Below, in pieces: positions 1 to 13,497 of a stretch of 64,000 nucleotides of DNA. Source of the DNA: Nemertoderma westbladi (Eukaryota > Animalia > Xenacoelomorpha); contig JAUCBJ010001578.1 of the NCBI GenBank assembly GCA_032718475.1, positions 6,487 through 70,486 of the forward strand, in the 5' to 3' direction. A program made the translations under genes and the position numbers. The notes beneath the pieces are model-generated. The model did no database searches. It saw nothing but the letters and a program-made list of their open reading frames with translations, and was not told where the DNA came from. How positions within the stretch are numbered: position 1 is the first letter of the stretch; the number at the start of each line of letters is the position of its first letter.

Positions 1-804
1 TATGAGTCAATATTTAGGCAAGCGGGCGTCGCTGCCTACTAGTCTTTACCCTCGGACAGTGGGTTTCTCAGCGCCGATGTATCGTTGTCGCGGTGTTCAC
101 GCCAACATGTAGCAACAACACGACAACGACAACCGGCACAAGTCCCACCACTGTCCGTCCCAAAGGCTTGAATCCACTTGAGGTTATCTCGGTAGAGTTA
201 GGGCTACTTTACAATTGCGATTAGCTACTGTAAACACACTTTAGTAGTAACATTCACCTATAAACGCACAAATTCCATACAATCATTACTTACTGCACAC
301 ATGCAGGCCATTTGTCCGTTAGTCAGTGTCTTCCAGAATGTCACGTTATTACTATGTATCCTTGGATACTAATAGTGCGCTATGTATCCTCTTATGCTAC
401 GCAATGGGGCAAGCCTTTTATTGTTCCTTTAACTTGCTTCTAATTCTAGCGTGGGTGTTGCCATGGTGACATTATGGAAAACTAGCGGTAGAATTAGGGT
501 AATTCTCATGCATACAGATCTGGGATGCTATTTAATAGTAATTCTTTAATTGTCAATATCCTCTTTATGCATGATTTTATAAATTTTATCGGCTATTGAC
601 TATATATTGGAGATTCTCGCACTCTAGTACACTCAATATGATGAATCTCCGCTCCCATGATCTATTAATTAATGGAATTTTGGGAATGTTATAAATTGTA
701 CAAAAATGACAATTTATGAAATTCATTTAAAATATGAATTTAAATTTATTCCCGTGAATTTTATTATTTGATGTTAAAATTGACACAATTTGATTCCAGA
801 GCAG

Positions 805-1065
805 GTCTGGGGACATAAGATCCTTAATTCTATGAAATTTGTCTTTTAAGAGTATCGGTAAGGGCTACGATATCTTAATCGACTAGAATTGTTAACGGAT
901 CTGAATTTTACAGATTTTAATAAATATTAAATTAATATTTAAGATGGGCACCGATTTATTCCAAAACTTGTCTGGGGACGTTAACCACTGATTCTAGAAT
1001 TTGTCTTTCAAGTATATCGGTGGGTGCCGCGATATCTTAATCGACTAGAATTACAGATGGTCAAA
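805..1065. repeat. Diverged ~166 bp tandem duplication
   Basis: gtctggggac...gatatcttaatcgactagaatt occurs at ~805 and ~971. Confidence 0.7.
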
Positions 1066-1602
1066 AGGTTTAACAGATTTATTTGCGATTTACGCTACTG
1101 TTAGAGGGACATCACGCTACTATATGTATTATTTGAAATAAGGTAGAAGAGCAATATCGCACGAAGCAATGTCAGTGTGAAGAGGCAAGTCGTTTCCAAG
1201 GTCTACCCAGAGCTTGGTTTAGCCGAGACACGAGGATCTGAACTTTGCATTCCTAATACTCTGCCTACCAATAATACTTAAATATAGTAGTGGCTTTATT
1301 GTACTTTAATAAGTACTGACATATCATCTTACTATAGTCTCACATTTATAATATAATACGGACAGTAAGGAAAGAGAAAAAATAATTATTTCTTGCCGTC
1401 GCACTAAATATATATTATAAGTAATTACGTACGTAATAAACACTAATATATTGCACTAATCTACTAAATAATCGCTAAAATAACATTCTACTAAATAAAA
1501 TTAAAGAAAACGATTATAATAAAATTACGTAATAATACATACATAAATATAAAATAAAAACAAATATAAAATGATATAGTCACACGCCCACTCCACATGC
1601 TA

Positions 1603-4600
1603 TCACGTTATGGAGTCCCTAGATATTTGTCGGATTAGGGAAGTAGTCGTAGGAAGAGTATCTTGCCTTCCATAGTTTCCGGACAGTTTTCGGTCTCTTT
1701 CCAGTAAACATAAACGACTAGCTGGGCGATTGAGTTGTTGTGTTACTTTCTCCGCTCCCTTGGCCTGTCTAATCTCCGCCGTGGTAAGATGAGGGGGCCA
1801 TTCTTCTTCTTCTTTACTTAAGAAGTCAGATCCACCTAACCAGCCTGGAGTATCTATTAGTTCTTGAGGAGTTGCTCCTCTGGAAGCGATGTCGGCTGGA
1901 TTAATCGTCCCAAGGCAATGTCTCCATTGATCTACATTGGAGTTAATATCGTCATTATCTGAGGAGTATGGTGTTCCCTCAGTTAGTTCGTCCACCTCAC
2001 TGCTTTCCACTTCCCAATTGTTTACTTGATATATTTGTTCGTGGGGCATTCTCTCTTCGAGAGTTCTACGGGAAGGGCCAGTAAAGTACCAACCTACTCT
2101 AGTTCTTACCGCATAGGTTTGCAGTGGCTGTGGTTGAGCAGGCCGTTTCTCCAATGTCTCAAGCGCTTCGTGCGCGTTTTGGCCGATGAGTATTTGCACT
2201 CCAGGATAATCTGTCTGGAATCGAGGTATCTTAAGATGTTGGATGTTCTCATCCTCGTCCCAATTATAAAGGTCTGCTTGGGTAGTAGCGAAGTTCTTTA
2301 TAGCCACCATTTTTACTGACCTTACACCTTGTGTTCCTAACTTATCCTGGGGGGTGGACAACACACCTACATAGTAATCTGCCGTCAGGGTAGATTTCCA
2401 AACCTGCATAATTCCTGACATATTCAATTTAGTCCGGAACTTGGGTTGTCCAGCAAAGATATCTTCGGCTAGCTCTTGATCGATGAATGTTCCTGTGCTG
2501 CCGGAGTCCAGGAGGGCGTTCACTATGTAACTTTTGTTAAGACCGTGAACTCTTACCTGCACTACAGGAAATTCTCTGATTCCTACGTTGGAAGTTGGAG
2601 CTTTCCAAGATGATTGTTTGGTAAAAGTAGTTGGGGGAAACTCATCGTTGATGTCCTTTTCGTAAGTAAGTGCTTGATACACTGCGGTATTTATTAGATA
2701 ACAGGATTCATTGGCGTCGGAGAATTCGTCAGTATAGAATCCTTCCATCTCAGACTCCTGATCAGTGTCATTTACATCACTGAATTGGACATGTAGTTCG
2801 GGCTCACTTACCTGACTCTGTTTGTCTCGTTCGAACTCACTGTGTAACAAGATGTGATGTTTCGCGCCACACTTTGCACACTTTATGTTGGAGTAACAGG
2901 TTCGCCGTTGGTGTCCTGGTCGGAGGTAATTATAGCATAACCGCTTATTCCACAGGACTGTACGTCTGTCTACAAGGGATTTCTTTAGAAATTCAGCACA
3001 CGCGCTCAAACGGTGGGGCCCGTCGCACAGCGCACATTTTGGTTTGATGTTACTCACCTTAACTTGGTTAACGTTATGCACTCTCGTTCTTTCTTCGGGC
3101 TTTCTTCCGTGAATTCTCTTAGGAGACGTAGGAGGAGTTGTTGTTACCTGTTCTCTCCTGTCACTGGTTCGAGACTTGTATTTACTTACGTCTTTATAGG
3201 TCTTGTTGTCATAGTAAGATTTTGCTGCATCTTTCCCGCTGTCCTCTTCTTGAGAAGCTTGGCTTTCGCCGTCGTCAGTATAACACACTGGTATTATCCT
3301 TCTCCTAGAAACGGGTTTCTCACTTACCTTATTTTCCGATGTTTTCTCTCTGGACTGCTTGATGAGTTGTAGTTTTACTTTACAATCTAAGAAGGACATG
3401 AGATCAGCCATGGTAGGACTTCGTCGTTGTTGTTCATTCATGTACAACACTTTATTGTCCCAGCGTGTACATACTCCACCCTTTGGTAAAGTAGAGACTA
3501 CGGCTCCAATAACCATGGAACTTTGATACTCATGAGACTTACCTAACCAGTCCAGTTGTCTACAGATCTCTTGAATTTCATCGGAAAACTCTATAATCCC
3601 ACTACTAAGGAAGTGTCGGGGGGCTACTAATTTTGCATACAAATACTTAGCTATGTTATCCTTGTTACCATACCTGATGTTTAATGTATCCCAAACTTGT
3701 CTTAATCCTTCTGGATGTCCAATAAACTTTAACGCCATTAACTTGGGAAGTCCTTCCAAACATTTGATGAGGAATCTAAGTTTCTCTCCGTTAGATAGTA
3801 CAGAGTTCTGTATGCTATCTTTGTAATATTTGTTGAAAGGTAACCATTTCATCTCATCTCCATTGAATTTGACGATCTCTCCCACTTTGACCGCTTGGCG
3901 GGCTTCTGTTCTAGCCATCTGACGCGTAAAGCTTTCTTGGGCCATCGTGTTATTTAATATCGAATTATCGGTATATAAATTTTTCGGATCATTATCAGGT
4001 CTATAGGGAATATCATTAATAACAGGTCTATAATCACCCTTAATAGGGTTTGCTATAGGAGTTTCAACTTCACTAGCAGTATAGATGCGTGTAGGCTCCA
4101 CACCTTGCGCATGTAATACTTCAGACCTAACAGGTTGACACAATGTTACAGGGGGTATTGGTATGCCCTTTTGTATATTGACTAATTTGTCGCGTTCTAG
4201 CGCGATACTTTGCTGCACTTCTTGCAACTCTGCTCTACCTTCCCTCACTGTTCCCTTAAGTTGGTGGACAGTCTCCTGCATCTGTCCCAGCAGGAGATTC
4301 ATCACACGCCGTCCCTCTTCCACCCACTCAACCGCCGAAGCGGGAGTCGCCAACATAGTAGCGGGCTGACGCGGGACGACGGGAGACAAATTTTTAATTT
4401 CTCTCTCTGCTATCTGGACAGGGATATTCTCCTGGACTGTTCCACCGGGTACAGGCAGTGTAGTACTATGTAAAGGGAATTTAGAGTTAAGCTCTGGAAG
4501 TACAGGGGTCTCTAACACAGAAGTGACTTTGGGAACGACAGGCCTAATTATCTCAGGCTCATCAACTATTGTAGAGAGTCTTTGGACCTTAATACTTTGA

Positions 4601-6218
4601 GGTGTAGGTTCTATACTACTCAAGTCTGTGCTAGCTAGCTGTCTTCTAACAGCTGGGGGCAAATCAGGCAATTTGCGACGGTAAGAGGTTTTTCTACGCC
4701 TACTTAGATGAGATCTATTTCCCCCGCCTTCAGGATCGGTAGTATCGCCTTCCTCCGAGGATGTGTATCCCTGGCGCTTGGGAGTAGATTTTCTCATCAT
4801 CTGCATTTGATTAGCAGTAAACTGTTTATTTATACTGTCTTGCGTCTCTTGCAGATTTTCCAACTCCAGTTGGATAGTCTCCTCAGAAGCTCTCCGTTCT
4901 GCTTCTGCCACTGCGCTTTTCTTTCTGCTTCTGCTTCTGCCGCCTTTCTTTCGGCTTCTGCTTTTGCTTCTGCCGACTTTCTTTCGGCTTCTGCTTTTGC
5001 CGACTTTCTTTCGGCTTCTGCTTTTGCCGCCTCTGCTGCTGCCACCTTTCTTTTCTCTATCCATTCTTTCTTTACTTGTTCTTCTCGGACTCTAGTGAGG
5101 CGGAGTTTTTCATCACATTCAGCTTGGTTTGCAGCTAACATTTCGGCATCGATTGAGTCCAACACAAGCTTAGTTCCTTCACTATTAGGGGAAAGTCCAG
5201 ACAGCCGTCTCCTCAACTCTTCGTCTCCTAGGAAACGCTGATAGTCGGACAAATAAATGTCGATAGCGTCTCTAGTTCGCGGTTTCTCGGTGGTCTCTTC
5301 GCTTTCTGCTTGAGAAAGGGTGACATCAGTTTGTTCTTCATAGGTCGATCTCTCAGCCAGCTGGGATTTCCACTGGGCCGTTTCCTGTACTTTGAGACCT
5401 ACCCGATGTAACCAGGTTTTGACAGCAACCTGCAGCGACGTGTCCTGTCTTCTTTTGGAAGTTTCCTCAAAGGCTGAGAGGATTAGTCGAATGCGTAGGG
5501 TTCTTTCGCGTACTTGGTATAGCAGCTCTTCCTGCTCTTGAGGTCCTTGAGGTTGTCGAAACAGTTGTTCTTCCAATCGCTCCAAGGAGCCGAAGAATCC
5601 CTGCACATATCCTGCTGCCGACCTCTTCCAAACAGCTGGATCCATTGTATCTTTAGCCACTCCCATCCTGTGTATATCTTCCCAAGTAGCCTCGGACAGA
5701 TCCAACGGGAGTCCGAGTCCGGGAAAGTTCCATTGTGATTCAACAATAGATATCAACTCTTCCCTGGCGTATCCCGCGTAATTATCTTGGGTCGCTCGCT
5801 TATTCCTCGCCCAGTCAGCTTGATGTTCCTCCACCGCAATGAATATGGTAGTTAACACTGCAGCAGGAAGGGTGAGAAGGGGGTCCGAATAGACTGTAGT
5901 AGTCATCTGCACTCCACGTTCGGGGGTGAGCTCTACAGTATCTGAACTACTGGAGCTATCGGTTCGTTGGGAACTAGGTTCGTGACCAAGATGTTGCTGC
6001 GATAGGACAGCTGCCTCTTGGTTCCGTTTGACCTGGGCCCGAGTGCCTATGATGGACCTATGGTGGATTAGCCTAGGGTCTGATACTACTGGAGGGATGA
6101 CCTTTCTTACAGTAGGAGGTGAACTGAACTCTTCTCTTAATCGCTCTACACTCCTATCTGTGTCACAGATGGTTGTATCGATTAGACTGTCTGACAGATT
6201 TTTCTGAGTGTCAGACAT
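1603..6218 (-). pseudogene. BEL/Pao gag-protease polyprotein, one frameshift near 4920, fused to an RNase H C-terminal stub; RT and integrase absent
   Basis: ORFs 4830-6218 and 1603-5064 join across the AEAERK repeat. DUF1759-like KFNGDEMKW..LSNGEKLRFL; three Zn knuckles (CALCDGPHRLSAC, CYNYLRPGHQRRTC, CAKCGAKHHILLH); protease ALLDSGS; ILIG and AVRTRVGW; then QWRHCLGTINPADIASRG..WLGGSDFL. Confidence 0.88.
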
Positions 6219-6294
6219 GTTTAGCTATACAGTTGAATGCCTACTGCTATAGTTACAGTTAAAGCAAGTCTAGGAATTCAGTATAACCGTTGGC

Positions 6295-6570
6295 CTAGTA
6301 CCGGTAATTTATTGCAGTATATTAGAATACCGGTACACACTTATAGTATATATAAGTATTGTAAACTAGGTTTGTCACAGAGTACCGGTATATAAATTTA
6401 GCACAAATATATAAATATATAATAGGCCTATCGTGAATACCGGTATACAGCTCACACTTATAGTATATATAAGTATAATTATGAATTAGAATTAATTACA
6501 GAGTACCGGTATGATTTCAGCTCAAATTTATTGAAATAAATATAACAAGCCTACTGTAAATACCGGTATG
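6295..6570. repeat. Diverged ~115-120 bp tandem repeat upstream of the gag ATG
   Basis: cacacttatagtatatataagtat...cagagtaccggta repeated at ~6336 and ~6453. Confidence 0.7.
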
Positions 6571-7564
6571 TCAATTATTTTAGAATAATTGAATTTCTGA
6601 ATATTTTAGGGTTACTTGGTTACTTGAACTTACTTTGTTACCGTTATTTAAGCAGTAGTCCAACTGATTTTGAGACCTAGTTGTTGTATGGCAGGCCTAC
6701 TATTTATAAATCGTTTGAGTTGATTTATAATAGATATATACCCGTTAAAAAGGGGTTTTGTCAATATTTGAAATAAATGTTATTATTTCTGGGGGAGTCA
6801 CTACACAGAAGCTGTGCGCTCTCAGTGAAGTGCTATTTATTTGACACTAAAACTGATAATTCTAATTTACCTAAGTTACTTAATACTACAAATTACTTAC
6901 GATATGGGTGAGATTAAATCTCTAATTAAACACAACAAAAATATTACGTACGAATTTTTAAGGTAATTTTACAGGGAAAACTACAAACCAGCCTAACAAA
7001 GGGTTAGAATTCTGGTTATTACAACGGACAGGGTACTACGGTATTTAAAATAATAAGTAGTAGTAAATATATTGCACTGTCCATAAGAAATACTGCACAT
7101 AAAAGAACTGCACATAAGAAATACCACCGCCTGACGACCTATAACCGTATCGCTATAGGTTCTACGTTATGTATCACGGAGTGTTCCTACCCAGAAGTTA
7201 ATAGAGCTAACGAATGTGCCTATCAACCACTTTACAACACAAATATACTGCCTACACACTAATTACTTCGGAAAGCACTGTACACTAAACCCTAAATTAG
7301 GTACAAGTACTGGTACAACCAATAATCAGTAGTTAAATATACTTGAACAGTTAAAAGAACCACGGCATCTGCTGGAGTGACCAGAGCACAAAGTCACCAG
7401 TCTTGTCCTACGCCAAGCAGCCCGTGTAGTACCGGGGTTAATTTAACTATAACGGTATGTATAACAAGCACAATTACTGTAGGAATAAACTTGGGGACAT
7501 GAATGTTGCGAATAATCGCATAAACTCTGAATAATAAATATTACGCTACCCGTACAGAATACTC

Positions 7565-8100
7565 AAACAAATACAAACCAAACGCTGGCAGACTACTATC
7601 AAGCCCAAATAAACTACCGTACGTGTAGATTCTGAAATGGTTAGTTAGTATGCGTTCTAACACGGTAGTACGACTTATTCTTTAAGAGGGGATTGACCTT
7701 ACAGCATATGGCTGCCCCAACTTACTAACCGCACTTTATCAGACAAACTCCACACACGCAGCAATCCCTCTAGACCTAAGAATAGCTAGACAACAATCCA
7801 GCCTACAAATATCTGAGTAATAACTATTACGGTACCTGAACAGACCACACAAACAAACACAGGCTAAAACACTGGCAGACTACTATCAAGCCTAAATAAA
7901 CTACAGTATATGCAGATTCTGAAATAGTTAGTTAGTATGCGTTCTAACACGGTAGTACAACTTATTCTTTAAGAGGGGATTGACCTTACAGCATATGGCT
8001 GCCCCAACTTACTAACGGCACTTTATCAGACAAACTCTACACACGCCGTAATCTCTCCAAACTCAACAACAGTCAGACAGCAGCTCAGCCTACAATTATC
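7565..8100. repeat. ~287 bp tandem duplication in the BEL leader
   Basis: ctggcagactactatcaagcc at ~7585 and ~7872, followed by near-identical blocks. Confidence 0.85.
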
Positions 8101-9420
8101 CGAACAATCTGAGCAGGGTCACACGCCTTCTGCTCAATATTAGCCTACTAGTAAATAAAACCGACAGAAATAAGTAGAATCTCAATAAAAATTCAGGGCT
8201 GCAGTCCCTGATTAAGTACTAAGACCTACCGGTATACACTAATCAAATTCGAATAATACTAATGTACTGATACAGCAGTACCGGTACCGGTGATGACAGT
8301 TGGGCCTACTGACCTACAGAAGTACCGGTACTTTGCAACCTTATTGCTTACTGCAATAAGATCAATAACTGTTACTGTTTGCGCTTTTGAAGACCTTTAG
8401 CAGTTTAACCCGCCAAAATTTATATGTCTTTTAGTTAATTAAAACACCTTTAGCATACGACAATATTTTATGCTAATAAACAAAACATTAGCCGAAGTCA
8501 GCCCATGCGCGATCATTCACCCGATGGATCTACACCCGGGAGGCTGAATTCGGATGCTTAAATTTTATTATTGCAGTGTAAGGTTGCAGTGTAAACCTAC
8601 TGTATTATTCGATAGATCGTTAATAATTAATTTCTGACAGATATTATTGGCTTTCGGGAAATATTAACAGTTCCTTTAGGACGTGGCGCTCTATCTATTT
8701 AAACAGAGCTAGGACTTATACCAAACGCAACAATAATGCTTATAATTAAAGTATAAAGCGCATTCTTTAGGAAATGCTTTGTTACCAATCACAATCATGC
8801 ACACTATTCTGCCGACCGTCAGTAAATTTGATCACACATAAAAAGAACAGCAATTGACTCAGGTAGTGTCTACTAAATATCATTAGATTCAATACACACC
8901 ACATGGATATAAATCGCAATTGTAATATATAGCCCGTCTCTCTAACCTGTAGTGTATCAAGATTAGTTTAGGTAACAGTTTATACTTTCGATAATTTAAG
9001 CAGTTTTACTGGAGTTCTTCCCAAAAGCCGGTGTTATGGCGAAAAATGGGAACACAACAACAGAATCATATGACTAGCTACTCTCCAAGGATACCAACTA
9101 CCCTTATTCCACGAAGCTCCCGTTCAACACAGAGGATGAGCAGTGAGATAGGATATTTCAGTTCAGTAGCTCTGGGATAGATCGAAATCAACGCCCACTC
9201 AAATTCTATTGGCCGATAAGGACAGCAGGGCTGAGGCAACCTCCCTAAGCTGGTTGGCCGATTAAACGGAGCCCAGATACTTCCGTACAGCACATCAGCC
9301 AATAAGCTGGTAGCTTACACTATTCTAGCTGGGTATCCCTTTTAGAGTATTCAGCGACAAGGGGGGGGGGGAACTGGCCAGCAAGGCACACGGATCAGTT
9401 ATCCCACAAAAGCTTTTACA

Positions 9421-11838
9421 CAGACGGCGCTGCAGTTTGGTAAAGATGGGGTTTATGGTGAAGTAAAATGCCTGCCTTTCAAGTTTCAGCTTAAACAGAT
9501 TGTAAATAACAAAATTGGTGTAGATGTTCACATTCAGACATTTCACCCTCTAGCGGTAGACTGAAGAACTGTAGACGACTCTGGGACTCCGTAAAGATAC
9601 AGAATATGCTGTAGTAGATTCCTGCCAAGTTCCAGCTCAATAGGATTAAAAAGAACCAAATGGGATGAGGTGTTCACTATCAGATATGTCGCCCTCTAGC
9701 GGCAGATGGGGGGACTGTATACAACTCTGTGACTCCGTAAAGGTACAGCCTATGCTGTAGTAGATGCCTACCAAGTTTCAGTCTAAACCGTTAGTAAATA
9801 ACAAAGTTGGAGAAGATGTTAACTTTCAGACATTTCACCCTCTAGCGGTAGACTGGGGAAGTGAATAGGATTCTGCAACCCCATAAAGATACAGCCTATG
9901 ATGTAGTAGATACCTGCCAAGTTTCAGCTCAAAATGATTAAAAAGAACCAAATGGGATGAGATTTTCACTATCAGAAAATTCCCCCTCTAGCGGCTGACT
10001 GTGGAACTGTAGACGACTCTACTACTCCGCAAAGATACAGCCTATGCTATAGTAGATGTCTACCAAGTTTCAGTCTAAAAGGATTGTAAATAACAAAGTT
10101 GGAGGAGATGTTAACTTTCATACATTTCGCCCTCTAGCGGCAGACGCGGGTAATGTAGACAACTCTGCGCGACTCAGTAAAGATATAGCCTATGCTGTAG
10201 TAGATGCCTACCAAGTTCAGTCTAAATGGATTATAAATAACAAAGTTGGAGAAGGTGGTAACTTTCAGACATTTCACCCTCTAGCGGTAGACTGGGGAAG
10301 TGTATAGGACTCTGCATCTCCGTAAAGATAGAGCCTAGGATGTAGTAGATACCTGCCAAGTTTCAGCTCAAAAGGATTAAAAAGAACCAAATGGGATGAG
10401 GTTTTCACTATCAGACAATTCGCCCTCTTGCGGCTGACTGTGGAACTGTAGACGACTCTACTACTCCGCAAAGATATAGCCTATGCGATAGTAGATGCCT
10501 ACCAAGTTTCAGTCTAAAAGGTTTGTAAATAACAAAGTTGGAGAAGATGTTAACTTTCATACATTTCGCCCTCTAGCGGCAGACGCGGGTACTGTAGACA
10601 ACTCTGCGCGACTCAGTAAAGATATAGCCTATGCTGTAGTAGATGCCTACCAAGTTCAGTCTAAATGGATTATAAATAACAAAGTTGGAGAAGATGTTAA
10701 CTTGCAGACATTTCGCCCTCTAGCGGTAGACTGGGAAATTGTAGACGACTCTGCGACTCAGTAAAGATTCAGCCTATGCTCTAGTAGATGCCTACCAAGT
10801 TTCAGTCAAAACAGATTGTAAATAATAAAGTTGGAGAAGATGTTAACTCTCAGACATTTAGCCCTCTAACGGTAGACTGGGGAACTGTAGACAACCCAGT
10901 GACTCCGGAAATATACAGCCTATGCTGCAGTATATAGCTACCACGTTTCAGCTCAAAAGCATTAAAAACAACCCTATAAGATCAGGTTTTCACTATCGGA
11001 TAATTCGCCCTCTAGCGGCAGACGGTGGAACTTCAGATGGCTCTGAGTATTACGTTGCAACGAGTTAGGGCGAGACCTATCTAACGAGCTATAGTAAGCG
11101 AGATTTCATCGAGATTAGATGTATAATATTAGACAAAATAATAATACAGTAAGTATAGGCCTACAGAAATAATTATTTTACTTTTAATATTCATAACAGT
11201 AAAACAAAAATGTTATAAACCTCTCCTTCCATGCAGCCAATGATTGAGAAAGCAGAATTACTCTGAGCAATTCGCAACAGACAACCCAAACCCACCCCAA
11301 TCAACACTCCAGCCTGCTTGCTCCTTATCTGTGCCCAGCCAGCTAGCTGCGAGTTCAATAATTACCTTAACGTTGCTATGATACAGAAAACAATCCTTCC
11401 CTATTCAATAACTATAGGCCAATTCGATCCTGCTTGGCGAATATGACATATTTATACACTATTTGATTTTTAATCAATAAATAATCATACATATTTATAT
11501 TAAACACTCGAATAAAATAAAAACTTTGTGAGAATGGGACACAGCGAATCTACCCATGTTAATTTTATACCAGGTGGGATAAATGTTAGCCCTCTAAATC
11601 ATTAATTACTGATAGAAGAACCGAAATAATTCGATAAATTTCGCCCGAAAATCACGAAAATCGCCCTCTAGCGGCAGACGGGCGAACTTCAGACGGCTCT
11701 GAGTATTACGTTGCAACGAGTTAGGGCGAGACCTTTCTAACGAGCTATAGCACGCGAGATTTCATCGAGATGGGTTCGATTGTATAGCCGATGACAAACA
11801 CACAGACAGACAGACAATTGATATTTATATATATTAGA
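9421..11838 (-). mobile_element. Non-autonomous Helitron family A, 3' part cut by the BEL insertion
   Basis: Minus-strand 5' end TCTAATATATATAAA followed by (CTGT)n; internal 146-147 bp repeats; homologous to 13498-15741. Confidence 0.8.
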
Positions 11839-13497
11839 CTAGAAAGCCCGTGGCCTTCGGCCACGGCTTTCTAGTTCACAAGCTTCTATACAATCAATCA
11901 ATCAATGGACAATATCAAACATAAATAAATTAATTAATTAACTTAACAAAACTTTACATACGACTAACAGACTGATCCCGTTTTAGTTGCAGCTACATAC
12001 AATAATAAACATAAGGCTTTATGTTGTAGTAGATACCTTCCAAGTAACACCTCCAATGGATTACAAATAATAAAATGTGAAAAGGTTTAAACTGTGTGTA
12101 ATATTTTCCCCTTAGTGGAAAACTGTATAACTGCAGAGTAGTGGTTAGCGTCCTCGCAAACATAATCTATAGTGCAGTAGGTCACTGCAGCAACTCTATC
12201 GTATTAAAATGGAAGGTTTTAATTTCATACATTTCGCCCCCTAGTGGCAGACTGCATAATTATGCACTGGTTAGCGTCCTCCCCAAACATGACGACTATG
12301 GTGTAGTAGTCCTCTGCCAAGTGCCAAGTATCAGCAAAAAAGCATTCATAAACAACAAAATTGTAGGTTTCCTCATTCAGACATTTCATCACCTAATAGC
12401 GGCAGAATGGGGAACTGTAGATTAGTCATCGTCTCCCCAAGCCCAAATACACACCCTACGGTGTAGTATACTCTGCTTGGTATCAGCAAAAAACATTATA
12501 AACATATTGTGTAAAGGACCTAAGTATCAGCTAAAAATCATTATTAATAACAAAATAGGATAAGATTTTCACTTTCAGACATTTCGCCTCCTAGTGGCAG
12601 ACTGAAGAACCGCAAACTGGTCGGCGTCCTCCCAACACGCAGCTATGGTCAGGTAGAATTTATTCTGCAAAGTGTCAGCAGAGTGGTTACGAATTACGAT
12701 GATGCAATAACTGCTGTTACAATTTCCTGCTTGCTGATCAGTAATTTCTCCGATAACAAAACAACTGCAGAATAATGCAATTTTACCTCAAAGACGCATT
12801 CATGCAAGTATCAAGTAAATGTGTAAAAAATCAGCCTCGAGATAGCCTTTACAATTCATGTTCACGGGCTGAGGATGGTCTGCATTATATAGGTGCACGC
12901 ACATGATAGAGTCAAGATCCAACTTGTAGGATGACGGACTGACGACCTGCTAGGCCTACCTCGCTAGCACCCATCCGGTACATTGCAAAAATGAATAATT
13001 GAATCATTTTGTGTTTATGATTATAAACAATATGTGAACTGAAAAAAAGCTAATCTAAGATTTACTGCTTGTTCTTACCAATGTAAGTCAAGAACCAATC
13101 ACAGTAGATCCACTCCACTCTCCTGCTGGGTCCTATTTATTGAGATTACTACTTAACCAACCCAGCCTGCTGCAGGCCACCTATGATTGGTCTGCAAGTA
13201 GCTAGCTGCCTTGCTAACTAACTCTCAGCTTTGCCAGGCCTGTACTGCCAAAAGGAATATTCGAATCACTTTGAGATTTTATCACACAACATGTTGCAGC
13301 GAATACAAAATACGCATTCACGCAAGCATACGCGTAAAATAAGCCTCGAGATAGCGATAGTTTACGTGCTCGGGACGAGAGCTTTCGATCGATGTATCAT
13401 TCGCTCAGATTGGTGCTCGTGTGTCGGAGTGTATAGCTTGGACAGACTCACAGACTCACAGACTCACAGACAGACAGAGGATATTTATATATATAGA
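11839..13497 (-). mobile_element. Non-autonomous Helitron family B
   Basis: 5' TCTATATATATAAA + microsatellite at 13497; 3' hairpin and CTAG at 11839; diverged ~146 bp repeats inside. Confidence 0.8.

Larger units (their letters stand above)
1..9420 (-). mobile_element. BEL/Pao LTR retrotransposon, internally deleted; 5' LTR outer end at 9420, 3' LTR presumed left of the window
   Basis: Contains the BEL-type gag-protease ORF. The minus strand starts TGTAAAAGC at 9420, exactly where a Helitron copy is cut (intact copies read gaaatgcagacggcgc; here ttttaca|cagacggcgc). Inner LTR edge and PBS not identified. Confidence 0.75.

Noticed and set aside
4920-5064. RS/K-rich protamine-like N terminus of the 1153 aa ORF
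   Set aside because: It is the alternative frame of the AEAERK repeat upstream of the frameshift.
7000-9000. Primer binding site and hammerhead ribozyme in the BEL leader
   Set aside because: No convincing TGG-tRNA complement next to a CA end, and no complete CUGANGA/GAAA core with stems was found by eye.
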